Shown: positions 25,401-37,939, counted from the first letter of the whole stretch. The stretch is DNA of 59,418 nt, filler included, from Sphacelaria rigidula (GCA_964200075.2; 8 parts of 8 records of this genome joined end to end with filler, not necessarily neighbours in it); one strand, 5' to 3'. Notes: generated by a model from the sequence alone, not told the origin. Numbers and translations: made by a program.

Positions 25401-26632
25401 TACGCCGAACGGTACCACAAGATGTCAATTTCCTTTGCGGGAGCGAATTGGATGCAGTATCATGCCCATCGGCGCCAACAGATCTTGCCCGATCAATCTC
25501 GACACTAATTTGGCAGATCGGCCGTTCTTTCGCGACGATCGCCGTCTCAACTACTCGAGAAGTAGCTATGAGAATGCTGAGTGGCTCGAAGATCAGGTCA
25601 ATAAGATTGAGCGTCATCAGCATCTGATAACCCTCGGATGTGCCGCCCGTCGGTCATGTGGGGGCGTTTACACTGTGACGCAAGGCGATCTCGAAGTGGA
25701 CCTGAACATGTGACCTTCACAGAAAGTGCATCTTACTTCAACGCCTGGCAATGAGGGTCTCGATGTTCTTCGTCTACCGTCGGCACGTGGACAAGCAGTC
25801 ACCAACCTCATGCTAGGTCGTGACTCAATTTTAGTTCTGTCATAGCCAACTGCACTGTATTACTGTACCACGACGACGCCTCGTCAACACTGGAATGTCG
25901 TGAACGGCGGAAATATTGCACGCTAAGCCGCGTGGCAGATCTCCGCCGCGACACCTGGACTGCAGATGAAACGCCCGCAGTGTTGTAGCGACCGCACAGG
26001 GCGTCCGGGTGTAATTTATAATTGCCAAGCCTACTATTACCTTACACTGCACGGGCCCTGCTATTCTGCTGACGCTGACTTCGATAAAATTGCACACCCT
26101 GGGGTACACATGACACTGAAAAAGTGTACTGCGTACAGTGTCGAGTCTACGCTCGCGATAGAAAGTAGATGCGATACTGTATATTCAGAACACCTGTCGC
26201 CACTGGTTGTTGTCCACGTTGCGATAATTGACAACTCCCATACATTTTTGTTTTTCTCGTCTTTTTTTTATTTTTCTATCTAGCGCTTTTCAGTCTCCGG
26301 TGCGCGGGCCCTGTAAAGCATTTTTTTTAACAGCACTCCAGACAGTAGATCTATTTTGGGATTGGTCTCTGTCCTATGCGACAGTCTCGATTATCGGCTC
26401 ACTCGCTGTTNNNNNNNNNNAGTAGTCAGAGAGGTCACACGTGGGGACTGATTCCAGTACAAGTAGGTCTCCTGTAGTTCAATCGGTCTCATACGGATCT
26501 TTCGTAGTGTGGATGCCCTCTTATCGTGTAGATGTGTCTTGCCTTGTTCTGCGGGCTGTTTGAGTTATGGGTATGGGTGGTATGCTCCTTGCACTCTGTG
26601 ACCACGGGTTCGAGAGATCGAGCTAGTGTGAT

Positions 26633-26660
26633 GAATATAATAATAATAATAATAATGATG

Positions 26661-26727
<67 letters not shown>
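26633..26727. repeat. (ATA)n microsatellite
   Basis: Directly visible. Confidence 0.97.
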
Positions 26728-26729
<2 letters not shown>

Positions 26730-27775
26730 TAGTAGCTTGCCACTGAGGCGCTAAATATCCCTGAGTATGATATCGCCGTGTAGCTGTAAGCACACCCCAG
26801 TGATGAGGCAAAGAAGAGGACACACGGAACGAAAAATCGTCTACGTCAAAGCGAATAATCAAAGCCACTCTCAATCCGCGCTCTACTCTCAATCTCACAA
26901 AAATGTTTTCATACCCGAATTTTTTGCCTTCGGCGGCCCTGCATCAACTGGCCGGTTGCCGCCTGTGCGACCTGCGGCCTATCTGAAGCCCTGCATGGGA
27001 CTGCCAGCCCCCGAAATCCCCAAATCTGGCGCTTCCATACTAGAGTCAAGTATGTTTCAGGCTTCAACGGTGGGAGCGAACTCGCGCAGACAAGCGCCAT
27101 AAATGTGCAAGGCCTATTACTGAAGGGAGCGAAGTGAGTATAAGTAAAAAGGTGAACAAACCTAGACTGCTTCATGCTCGTTCTCAACATGTCGTCACTT
27201 GAGCAAAATGTACACGACTGAACGCTGCCGCTTGCCGCATGATCACTGCTATTACTAAGAAGCCTGACATATTTGGGATACGAACAGGGTGCCGTTACCA
27301 CGCGAATGATCCAAACCGGGAGCAAGTCCTTGTACTGTGTTGTGCGAGTGTTATTCCTTTTCAAGATAATGGAGGCATTGTACATAATTCATAACCCGCG
27401 GCTTTCGTTGGAGATGGTCACGCTCCAAGGCGTCAAACATGCTGAGAATACACTGGCATATGTGCGTGGAAGAGAGGTGTCCACATCAGCACGGCAAGGT
27501 GGCGCTACAGACAACCTCGCTGGCTGAGGCGGTCGGGTGGGTCGGCAGTTATGTCGCTGCGTAGGGGGTGGAGATCAATGTACGAAATGTATTGCGGCTC
27601 GGTAAGACACGACAAATCTCGATGGTGTGCTTCGACCACCTGTAGTCCACCTGTATTCAATGTGTACTGCAGTGCGCGCAGCGTGTTCCGAATGGACACG
27701 TGCGTACACAGAGGGTACAGCGTGTTCAGTGCGGAGCGCCACCCTGTACCAGGCCACCGCCTATGACACCATGCG

Positions 27776-28142
27776 ACATGTGCGTTGTGTGCTGTCAGCT
27801 CATCTACTCTGGACGCCAGTTTACACCTTTCGGTATATGTGGGCGCACTATCTGGGGTCGCATGGGAAGGCCAACACAGGAGTTTTTTCGTCGTTCATTT
27901 TGTCTTAGTACTCCATCTCCCTTCTGCGGTGTCTGTCTTATTTTGTATCGTGAGGGACTCCAAGCAGTCCCTTTCCCTCGTCGACTGTAAAGTCGAATTT
28001 TGTGTACGCACGACATAATCGCTCTCCACTGGTCGGCATGGTGTGAGAAAAAACAGAACGTGTGAGTTCACCGAGATTCGAACCCACGACCCAACCGTCA
28101 CAGGGATTCGAGGTTACCAACTGAGCCACCGGGACGACCGGC
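27776..28142 (-). mobile_element. tRNA-derived SINE, ~365 bp
   Basis: Minus strand 5' GCCGGTCGTCCCGGTGGCTCAGTTGGTAA (A box)...GGTTCGAATCTC (B box); full-length homolog at 55984-56340. Confidence 0.85.
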
Positions 28143-29574
28143 CACGTCATGCGACATGTCAAAATGCCCTCCATGCAGCAGTGATGTCTTGGGCTTTGTT
28201 ACTGGGCGGTGGAGACGGCCCGAAGCAAGGACCCCGCCGCTGTGTGCCGCACGCCTGCACTTGACACTTCTGGGGGTAAGTAACACTACTACTGCGGTAA
28301 TAAAGTTGACGTGTGCATATAGGTCGAGGACCATATTCCCGCCCAACATGTGCGGGAGTGCTCACTTGACGGATCAGATGGCAACGCGAGTTGGAGGCCA
28401 CGCGACTTGTAGCATGGCCTGTGCTGCAGTAACGGTCCTTCTTTTGTACAGTTTGAATAACCTACGAACGCCATGTGCTCCGTGGCATCCCACGTGTGGC
28501 CAGGTCCGGCAGAGGTTGTCGATTGCTCTCGAGGGACATCATGAGTCTGTCCCGTCGTCGTATGGTCGATGATTGTGGCATCCGCGAGGGCCACACGAAT
28601 CGATCTGGTAGGCTACAAATGGACCACCGTATCACCGCAGGGAGTGACGAAGTTTCGGTGAGCAACCGCCCCGATGCACATGTTTCCAGGGGGTTACCGC
28701 TACAGGTGAAAAACTGTGATTTTTGGACAACTGCTGGTCGTCAACACCACCCTGATGGACGAGGTATTTAGAGGGCATCATTCCGACAAGCCGGGTTCCA
28801 CGCTCTTGTCCTGAGGGCGACCTCCTCTCGTTCTCAGAATGCACGTACTCCAGCCCCTCAGAGCGGCTGTGAACGTCAGTATGTAGAAAGATTGAATAAA
28901 AAACGCTTTAATGCGGCATTTGACGTCGGGATTTCGTGGAAGGTTGCCGGTCCAGAAGAGATGTTTGCACCGGTGCAGCGCCGGGACAAGGTTATCCGCT
29001 TTTAATGGCAAACAAAGTTGGCCAAAACACGCCATGTGTCGTCGTTGATGTTTGTTTTTTGGGTTGTTACCCGACGAGTTGTAATGAAGGGGAACGTGTC
29101 AGGTGTAAATCTGCCATTTGATTGGGAGCCTAAAGTTAACCCATCCTACTCCATAGGGTACGAGTGCCAGGCTCAGCAGCTGGCCCAATACAAATTTGTA
29201 CAGACAAGAGACGCTGGATACCATAGGCCTTTGCTCCGTGGTATCGCTTTCGTCTTGTTTTCGGGCCTCTTCAAACCAGGCTTTGGCGCTTTTTTGTTTT
29301 GCTCCTTTTCCCATTTTGGACCCCTACGTTCATTTTTCGGCTTCTAATTTGTGTTCTTTGCTTCTTGGGGGACGGGGGGGGGGGGGCGTCAAGTTGTTTT
29401 CGGCTTCTAACTTTTTTATTTCAGCCTCCAACTGTCGGTGCTTCCTGCACGGCTGCTTTCGAGAGTCCAGAACTAACCAAAGAAAAACTTGAGAGAGACG
29501 TCAAGGAAGCAGGGCAGGAAAGAAACAACCCCCATTCACTGAGAAACAAGAGAGGGTACGAATGAACGTCAGTA

Positions 29575-29660
29575 TGTTGGAGGTGTCTCTGTCAGGAGTA
29601 GGAACGGTGCTTCGTCTCATAAGGGATGCGTGGTCAATGGGCAAACGACTAAGGCAAGCA
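29575..29660 (+). mobile_element. Family-A 3' end cut by the contig end
   Basis: TGTTGGAGGTGTCTCTGTCAGGAGTAGGAACGGTGCTTCGTCTC...GGGATGCGTGGTCAATGG...ACTAAGGCAAGCA. Confidence 0.85.
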
Positions 29661-29760
29661 NNNNNNNNNNNNNNNNNNNNNNNNNNNNNNNNNNNNNNNN
29701 NNNNTTAATTAATTAANNNNNNNNNNNNNNNNNNNNNNNNNNNNNNNNNNNNNNNNNNNN
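29661..29760. other. Artificial contig linker
   Basis: Same 100-bp spacer. Confidence 0.98.
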
Positions 29761-30260
29761 GTGCTGGCCGAGCGAGTCGTGGGGCGTGAAGGGGGTGGGA
29801 GTGGGGGGGGGGGGGCGGGGGTATGGGGGGGGGGGGGGGGGGTGGAGCCAGCATTGTTCACGTACAAGGTGGAAAGAAAGATAGAAACAACAACAACAAC
29901 CCTTGCACCCACATCCATGGAACAGTAACTAACAAACACCAACCGAAAATGAAACCATTCCAGAACAAAAATATATAATTCTTCTGAGGTTGTTGGGGTG
30001 GGCAACCTCTAGTGTTCTGAATGTCCAGGCCGCTTGGGTCATCGATCGCCAGAAGGATCAGGCTACTGCAGCGTACCAGGGGTAACGACCACCAACAATG
30101 CTGACATACTACCCGTACTCGTACCCTGATCTGCCTAGTCGTGGAAAGAAGAAAAACAGCCAGCTGTATACAATTGTGAAATCACTTACGTGAAGTTAAC
30201 TGATCACTAATGAAACAATAGTTGACCCATTTGCGGATAATTCGAGAGTAATCCCACGAC

Positions 30261-30608
30261 TTGGGGAGGGGGGGGGGGGGGGGGGGTATTCATTTTTTTT
30301 TTGCCTTCGTCTTTTGGCCTTAATACGGGTGGGGGGGGGGGGGGTTCTTCATTCATTNNNNNNNNNNGTGTGGGTTTGTTGTGGGAGGTGGGGGGGGGCG
30401 CGGAAGGGTGGGGAGGGAGGGGCGGGGGGGCGTTGGGGGCGTACTCATTTGTTGTTTGCCTTCGTCATTTGACCATTATACGACTGGGGGGAGGAGGGGA
30501 TCTTCATTCATTGCTCGCGTAAGTCATTTGTCCGTTGACCACACATCCATTTCGAGAAGGAACACCGTTCCTACTCCTGACAGAGATACCTCCAACATTT
30601 GGGCGCTT
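30261..30608 (-). mobile_element. Stack of several family-A 3' ends separated by G-runs
   Basis: Repeated G-run + (GTAC/TAT)TCATTT...TTGCCTTCGTC units; the last extends to ...CCTACTCCTGACAGAGATACCTCCAACATT. Confidence 0.75.
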
Positions 30609-31004
30609 ATTACGTTTCTTACATACATTACACGAAAACGTTTTGCATGTAGGACATACCGGCTAAAATTCGGGTATTTACGCTAATAATAGTCTAAAAA
30701 AGCTATTGTATCGGCGACAACCCTTCCGGACCATACTGGAGTGTTCGGAACAGGGCTCGACACCCTGTCAAACCATAACGGGATGTTTCGATACACATTT
30801 CGGTATTTTTTTTCACTGGTTCATGCTCATCGCCCAAAAAACACTCATCGGCAAAACCTCACGCCGTTTGAAAGAGTTAGACCCTGAACTTTTGCACACA
30901 TGTTCTATGGATCATTACGCAACTTTCAAAGGTATATTTTTTTTTAATATTTTTTCACTTCTCTCACCGTTTTGCGGAGGTCCCAGTTTTTTCGGGGAAA
31001 CTAC

Positions 31005-31269
31005 CAGGGGCAGGTCGAGTAGAGTATACTCAATACTCGGCATTTTCGAAGAGTCATACTTTTAGTATCCGAATTTTGAGTAGGGTATTTGAGGCCGCGC
31101 TCGACCTACTCAAAATTTGAGTAGAGTATTCGAGGTCGTACTCGATCTACTCAAAAAATGAGTACAGTATGTGAGGCCGTACTCGACCTACTCAAAATTT
31201 GAGTAAAGTAAATACTCGGGTATTTTACTCGAGTACTCAAAAGTACATACTCTACTCGACCTGCCCTTG
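31005..31269. mobile_element. hAT-type MITE (265 bp) with 8-bp TSD and internal ~40-bp palindromic subrepeats
   Basis: TIR CAGGGGCAGGTCGAGTAGAGTAT / ATACTCTACTCGACCTGCCCTTG; TSD GAAACTAC / GAAACTTC; internal TACTCAAAATTTGAGTA units. Confidence 0.88.
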
Positions 31270-31390
31270 GAAACTTCGATCCAGTCGAACCCCCGTAAAA
31301 CGGTGAAAAAACTGAAAAAAACTCGTTCATCCAACGTTGCGCAGTGACCCATAGCATAGTTGTGCAAAATGTCAGGGTCTAACTCCTTAA

Positions 31391-32440
31391 CCCTTTTGGG
31401 ACCGGACTCCAGAAAGACCAATGAGGCTAGTTAGGAATGACGCGTCTGGCGTCTGCACGAAACAGACAGTGGCGTGTGAAAATCCGCGTATGAAACCGCA
31501 AGGTTATGACGAAGACCGAAAGTTTCATCCAATCTATTTTCAGGTGCAGGATGCGCATTAGGTGGTGTATATCTGATGTAGCAAGCAGTATGGGTCGAGG
31601 TAGAGAGCTTCCAACAGGATACGGCGACCCGCGGGCCGCCCGCCACTTGTGGCTTTGGATAATATTATTGTCCCCATTACCTTGCCACACAGCCCTTTGC
31701 GGTCGGGGTGAACCGCCATTTCCCTCTTTGTTGCAATCCGCAAATTCTCTTCGAAGGCTATATCAGCGTTGTGGCGCGCATACATTCAATAATATAGTGT
31801 AGTACAGTACAAGTACAGGGCAGCACGCCTTCCCGACTGCAGCAGCAGCTGCCGTTGCACACTCCCTTGCACGTTCTAGGCAACTCTCAGCCACCGAGAT
31901 CAACTGCCTATACACCGCTTCTTCATCCCCGCCTACTACACACATGTTAACAGCACACTACAAGTCATCGGCAGAAGGATAAGCAGAATTTATTACGGCA
32001 GCTCATTTTGTCTTTCCACAGCCCACCTGGATTTAGTGCATCGTGAAAATGACCACATTGTAGCATGTGCACTCCTCCCCGGGGTTTTTCGGTCTACCCT
32101 GTGTAGTGTAAGTTACTATGTTTCAGTATAAAATTGGGACCCAAAAAACACTGCGGAAAAAAACGAGAACGGTATACTGAATGCAAATAATACCATAAAA
32201 CCAAGCTGCGACCACCCTGCACGTGGAAACCTGGGGACTCTTATCTGGGCCAGGGAAAGGGTCCCCACACGATCTTTGCAGTGGCATCACACTCGACAAC
32301 AACCCCCGCGCTGATCGTTCGGCTCTGGTCGATAAATTTCGCCTCGCCGTGAGTGGGCTGGTCGCTCGAAGACTTTTCTTTTTATTATTCCACTAACACA
32401 GGGTTGAACCTGTGTTAGTGGGGGTCCGGTCCTACAAGGG
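31391..32440 (-). mobile_element. Non-autonomous piggyBac-type element (1050 bp)
   Basis: TTAA|CCCTTTTGGGACCGGAC ... GTCCGGTCCTACAAGGG|TTAA; inverted homolog at 48601-49620. Confidence 0.9.
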
Positions 32441-33704
32441 TTAAAACGGCGTGAGATTTTTCGCGTTTACGCGATGAATTTTGCCGTGCCACGGTTAAAT
32501 CGCAAGCTACTTGATTTTAGTACTGGAATGGCGTTTTCGGGCCTTCTTTGACGTGAACATGAAAATTCAAGGATCAGTTAATCGTGTTCGGCTACGGAAG
32601 TTTGCGGGGCCCTTCCTCGAGTTGTGCGGCGATAGCTCGGTCGCGACAAGATGAAAAAAAGGCAGGGTTGGTTTTTCGGGGTCCCAGAATGGAGACTGTT
32701 TCGAAAAACGACTTCGATCCCGTCGGACCCCCGAAAAACGGTAAAAACTCAAGAAGTTAAAAACTCTCGTCCATCGAAACTTGCGTGATGGTCCATAACA
32801 CACTTGTGAAAAGTTTCAGGGTCCAAATCCTAATAACTGCGTAACGGTTCGCGCGTTTGTGCGAGGATGTAAGCTTGAAACGTGCAACTCCTAACTACTT
32901 GGTTTTAGCATAACAAGCGTCTTTTTTGGTGAATTTTACGTCGAGGAAAAACAAAAACTATATGATGTTTTTGAGTTTCTCGCCCAAATTTTGTACATGA
33001 GTTCTCTGGACTGTTCGGGGACGCATAATATCATCGTTTTTATTTCGAGGCATTCTGAACCGCCTTCCGGAGGTCTTTATACTGAGACCCCCGGAAGCCG
33101 GTATAGAACGGAGAAACTTTCAAATATTGTCACAAGCACAAAAAAAAACATCAGAGTATCAACACCTATGGAAGTGCCAAGTTTGAGGATGATCTGAGCT
33201 TTTCTACTCCAAATATAAGAGAAACCGTCACGAGGATCCCTGGGTCTTTTGTGCTCATCATTAGTGGAAATTAGACGACGCCGAGACTCCACGTTACTGA
33301 AAAATCACGGTTTCGGGTATACCTCGACCTCGTTGTAACTGTTTCCGAATCTGTCTTCCACGTTAGATTTCCGAGCTGATGGCGGTTACTACGATTCGAA
33401 GCATGTGTTTTCAATTTCAGAACAATTTGAAGGGCGCTGATTGGTCAAAGTACCTCCTCGCCCTCACGCCACCAGTATGGCCCTAAACACAAATCCGGTT
33501 GTTTCATGCTCTTCAGCTGTTTATGGTGGTCAGTATGATACCATGTATGCAACTATTGGGTAGGCATTTGCGAAAGGCATTTTCTGATGACACAATATTG
33601 GGTGACAAGCGTGAACCAGCTCGTAGTATGCCATTAAAAAAAAACACTCACGCGCATAATATACCCTACAAAACATGACCTTGACTTTTTCCACGGGAGC
33701 TCAC

Positions 33705-35924
33705 CCATCTATCGCCATCGCCCAGGTGTTGAGGGGACTTAATGCTGCCCCGTATTGCCACCGCCGCCATAGGACGACAAGCATCGCTCCCGAGGCCATG
33801 CAGCCATAAAACAACACCAGCAAGTACGACTGCTCGCCGGGAATGAACGGGACAGAGAAGTGACGGCAGCGGAGGGGGAGCGGGGCGGTGAAAAGTGCAC
33901 GCGTTGGAGAATAATAGTATATTTTCAACAGTTGCAGTTGACAAGAAAATGTACTGCGTGAAGTAAAGGTCTATTGCAACTATTGTCAGCAACTCTTGTC
34001 AGCCGACAACAGCTGCAATAGGCCTGTGCTTTACGCGGTACATTTTTTGTCCATTGCAATTATTGAACATATTTTGTCATTCTCCAACGTGTGGAATCGT
34101 GACGTCGGAAGAGATGAGCCGCAATCTGCTCCCACGGCTTTTTTTTTCTTCTCATGATTGGGTGAGATATCTTGTCGTAGTACATCATTTTTCGATCTAA
34201 AAATGGTGGTGAAGGCGAAAATTCTGATCTGACAGGTCGTTATTTCGAAAATCTTCAAAAATAACTACTCTAGTTGATATCACGACCCATCACATCGGAG
34301 TCTTCCTTTCTCCACCGCACATTTTCGATCGAAAAAAAATGGCGAAGACACACCCCGAGGGTGGTTTTTTGCTCAAAAAGACACTTTCTCCCACAGAGGC
34401 CATGTTGCAGAGGCCGAACATTTCTCGTGTTTTTTTTTTTCGCTGTTGTTTTGTTCTGTTTTTCTTCTTTTTTTTCCTTCCTCTTTCCCAAGTCTATCCT
34501 TGTCTGCTCTACCTTTACGGTTTCTTAGTTTTTTTTTAACGACACTTTCCGTCTTGTGTGTATACCCCTATGCCTCCATCTCTGTCTACGTCTCTCTCTG
34601 CCCCTCTTGTGTCTCCTTGTCGTTCTTTCTTGCTTGTAATTCCGTTCTCCATCCACGTTGTCCCTGTAACGATTGTTTCCACTTTTATTTCCCTTGAGCA
34701 GATGCGTCCATCTCGTCACGACAGCTACATTCATAGAGGACGACGAGTCAGTGTTAATATGTGACAAATCCATCAACCAATCGTGAACCTGGCGAAAAAA
34801 CAAAACAAGAACAGGAACAGAAAGTAACAGGATACAAAAACAAAGCACATCGTCCAATTTCTGTTCCTCGTTCGAAATTCCCAACAACAGTGCAGCAATT
34901 CCATGATAAAACCAGACCACGACTGCATCGCGTGATCCTCAACAACCCCCTCTCACACGACACACGAACTGTCATTTGCCCCGCAGTTCGTTTCACCGAT
35001 CTCGTCCGTCTCGCCTTAGCTGGCTACCGGTGTATCGGTCAGCCCGCCGGGGCGCTGGCGCAGCGTTGCGGGATACGTTCTGGCTCGAGCTTTGGCAAAC
35101 TACATAACGCGCGTGTACAAACTAAAGTGAGGTGAGGAAGGGGGCGTACTCATTTGTTGCTTGCCTTGGTCGTTTGACCATTGACCATGCATCCCTTTCG
35201 AGATGGAGCAAGCAAGGGAGAGGAGGAGGGGGGCGTGCTCGTTTGTTGCCTGACCTCGTCATTTGACCCTTGACCACGCATCCCTGTAGAGACGGAGAAC
35301 CGCTCCTACTCCAAATAGAGACACCTCAACACTTCGGCGCTCATTGCGGTTCTTCCCTACATCACACAAATACCTCCTACATAGAGGCGAGGAAGAGGGA
35401 GGGGTAGGGGGGTTAAGGCGGCCGGCTAAAAGGTCCCAGGTAGGCCGTGGACGATAACCACACAAACAATGATTCGTCCGAAAATTATTTGCTTCTAGCG
35501 TAATTGGCCCGCTCTGTATGAATAAATCCCTTGTCTTCCTTCTCAGCGTTGTATCCCCACGTACGCGAACCCCCGCCACATGGAAAAGCGCAAAATGTGC
35601 ACAGAGATTTTTTTCACACACGGTCGACTTTTTTCTCTCCTTCCCGCAATCAGGCCTCACAAGACGAAGATCTGGTCATTGGAACCAGCGATGATTCGTT
35701 CAAGCGTTGTAAAAACTCCAGATTGAAAATCTTCGCTTCAAAAAAAATCTTCAATGCCCCGGGAAAGCTTCGTGGCCCACGCGGGCAAAAGAGATAACTG
35801 ACAGCTACGGTACGGCAAGGCCTTTTACTGACGAACGGGACGGAACCGGACTCATACCTTGTAATTTCCCCGACCGACGCATCGGCCGACCCAGTGACAG
35901 TGATGGTCCATCTTCAAGATGCAC
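33705..35924 (-). CDS. DHHC-type protein S-acyltransferase (palmitoyltransferase), two internal exons (35858-35924, 33705-33829)
   Basis: CAG|G-CILKMDHHCHWVGRCVGRGNYK|GTATGA joins in phase 0 to CAG|SYLLVLFYGCMASGAMLVVLWRRW...|GTGAGC, giving the canonical DHHC...CVG..NY followed by a transmembrane helix; ~2-kb intron. Confidence 0.92.
35139..35345 (-). mobile_element. Two tandem family-A 3' ends inside the DHHC intron
   Basis: GGGGGGCGTACTCATTTGTTGCTTGCCTTGG... and GGGGGGCGTGCTCGTTTGTTGCC...GAGACACCTC. Confidence 0.8.
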
Positions 35925-36265
35925 CTGGATCAGTACAAATATACAACGACACATATAAAAAGCACGTACACGAAATAACCAAGTGAAAAATAGAGACAGA
36001 GAGACAGACGCAGACAAGGAGAGACAGACACACAAAGCGAGAGAGGGAAAGAGAGAGAGATGCATAGACACGAAAACGTACTGAAAATAATAGAACGAAC
36101 ACACTTGAAGCAACAAGCACAGAATGATAAAACACACCTATACACACACACATTTCACATTGTAGGACACGCTTAAAGTACACCTCGAGAAGCGAATACC
36201 ACGCCATACAAATGCAAGTAACAAAGTTCTGAGACCACAAACGAAAAAAGCAACTAGTTTGGCTA

Positions 36266-37100
36266 CGAGCTGGGCCAGCCTAAAAAGCAATATCTCGTCG
36301 ACACAGACAAGTTGGGCCGTGATCGGCATATCGAGTTAATCGTCCAATCAAAGGGGAAGGTGCTCATCTGCTCAAAAGTTTGGGCCCATATTTCCTCGTT
36401 GATTAAACCCCATGTCTAGTAATTCCCGTACCTAAGGGAGATAGCGCCCATACTAAAATCTCTATGGAACCCCCGATCGATGTATTTAACGGACGGCGAC
36501 GAATTTTGGTGAGGACATTCTCTGGAGCAAGGGGAGACGACAGATACCCTCACCTTCACCTAATTCGTCATATATCCCGAGATATGGCGCACATAAGTTT
36601 CCATACTATAATCAATGTATGACGAGCAGAGGCACTAGATGCCCTGAATCTGGATATCGCGTCTCAGTTTTTGAGCGTTGTTCCATAAAATTTCGTGCGG
36701 TGAACCGCTAGTGCATAATGGGGAAAAAAAACAGCTTCGTACCTTTCTTTTTTTCTTCACTCTTTTTCGTGTTTTAGTGGAGTTTTGAGGAGAAATGTAC
36801 ATCGCTGTTAGGCCTCATCTCAATGTTTCAGCTCAAGTTTTAGAATTTTTATTTCGAAGTGAGCATGGAGGACCACAAAAGAGTGCCGGATAAAAAAAAA
36901 TGGACCTTCAGGGGTTTTTTTCATAGAGGTTAAGGCGTTCTCGTGAAGAAATGGTCTTTACCATACTGAAACGCCCTCAACCAGTGGAAAACATGAATTA
37001 AAAAAATCTGGACCACTGAGTTTTGTCAAGTATGCGCTGACGAGGACCCACACAAAATTTCAATACACAACAACCAAACGTGGGCCGGTGAGTGGCCTGC
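36266..37100. mobile_element. Non-autonomous TA-flanked (Tc1/mariner-like) element, left part
   Basis: TA|CGAGCTGGGCCAGCCT terminus; ~830 bp colinear with 46019-47050; the same terminus occurs at 20923 and inverted at 44733-44745. Confidence 0.75.
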
Positions 37101-37200
37101 NNNNNNNNNNNNNNNNNNNNNNNNNNNNNNNNNNNNNNNNNNNNTTAATTAATTAANNNNNNNNNNNNNNNNNNNNNNNNNNNNNNNNNNNNNNNNNNNN
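37101..37200. other. Artificial contig linker
   Basis: Same 100-bp spacer. Confidence 0.98.
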
Positions 37201-37939
37201 GGGAAGATGGCTTCGCTACGTCTCTAATGTTTCGGGTCTTCCGTGCAAGAGAGAAATGCCACGTCAACCCCATATTTTGTATGAACCCCAGACTTTAAAA
37301 TCGGCTGTTAAGTACTTGTGAGGGTGCTTGTTGAGCATGAGGACACACATGATGGTTGGTATTTCCGAATCGTTTTCTGACGACTAAAGGTTGTTATGGT
37401 GTGCTTTTGGGTCATATTGGTGTTGCTGTTTGCGCATGAAGCATGACAGTTGAACGGGTGTGCTCGTGTTGCGTTCGCTGGAAAATGCCAACGTTCGCGT
37501 AGAATTGGGTATGAGTGTGTTGTGCTGCTCTGAATAGCATGCATGATGCATGGTTTGTGAAACACGGGTGGCATTGCAGGCCCTGAGTCAGATATTGACA
37601 TGCCTGAACAAATTGTCGTATGCTGAGTGAAATAGGAATGCCTGTACGAGGTTTTGTATGCTGAGTGGGATCTTGGCATGCATGTGTGGAATTTTCGCTC
37701 GAATGCTACCGATGTGCAATGTGTCTGACGACCGTCAGGGTGAGGCAGGTAACAAAATACTGCTGAATGATGAACGAAATGCGTCGGCTGGTACAAACTG
37801 TAGGAGACGGTGACTGCTGCTGATGAGATGAAAATGAGCTGAAACTACGAAATGCGTAGACTCGTTGTCTGTGAGCAGAGATCACACGAGGTTCCGTGTG
37901 TTTGAGGATCAAAGAAATTATGCACGTATGAAAACTGAT

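Larger units (their letters stand above)
30853..32460. mobile_element. Older inverted-repeat element (arms ~30853-30983 and ~31285-31390 + 32441-32460) interrupted by two younger insertions
   Basis: AAAACCTCACGCCGTTTGAAAGAGTTAGACCCTG mirrored by CAGGGTCTAACTCC-TTAA-AACGGCGTGAGATTTT once the piggyBac element is removed; a further arm copy lies at ~32720-32830. Confidence 0.7.

Noticed and set aside
22975..25720. Long ORFs (e.g. 286 aa at 22975-23835) as genes
   Set aside because: Overlapping ORFs in several frames with no recognisable motif or consistent splice pattern; possibly very decayed coding DNA but unassignable
28060..28142. tRNA gene (also ~19390-19470, ~51345-51413, ~55984-56060)
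   Set aside because: A/B boxes are present but there is no complete cloverleaf, and the heads run into repeated bodies, so these are SINE heads
31070..31205. CRISPR-like palindromic repeats (TACTCAAAATTTGAGTA)
   Set aside because: The intervening sequences are themselves repeated, there are no cas genes, and the repeats lie inside a hAT MITE with TIRs and TSD
34693..34788. Extra DHHC exon (VHDWLMDLSH...HLLK)
   Set aside because: No GT donor, and it would interrupt the conserved NYK-to-transmembrane junction
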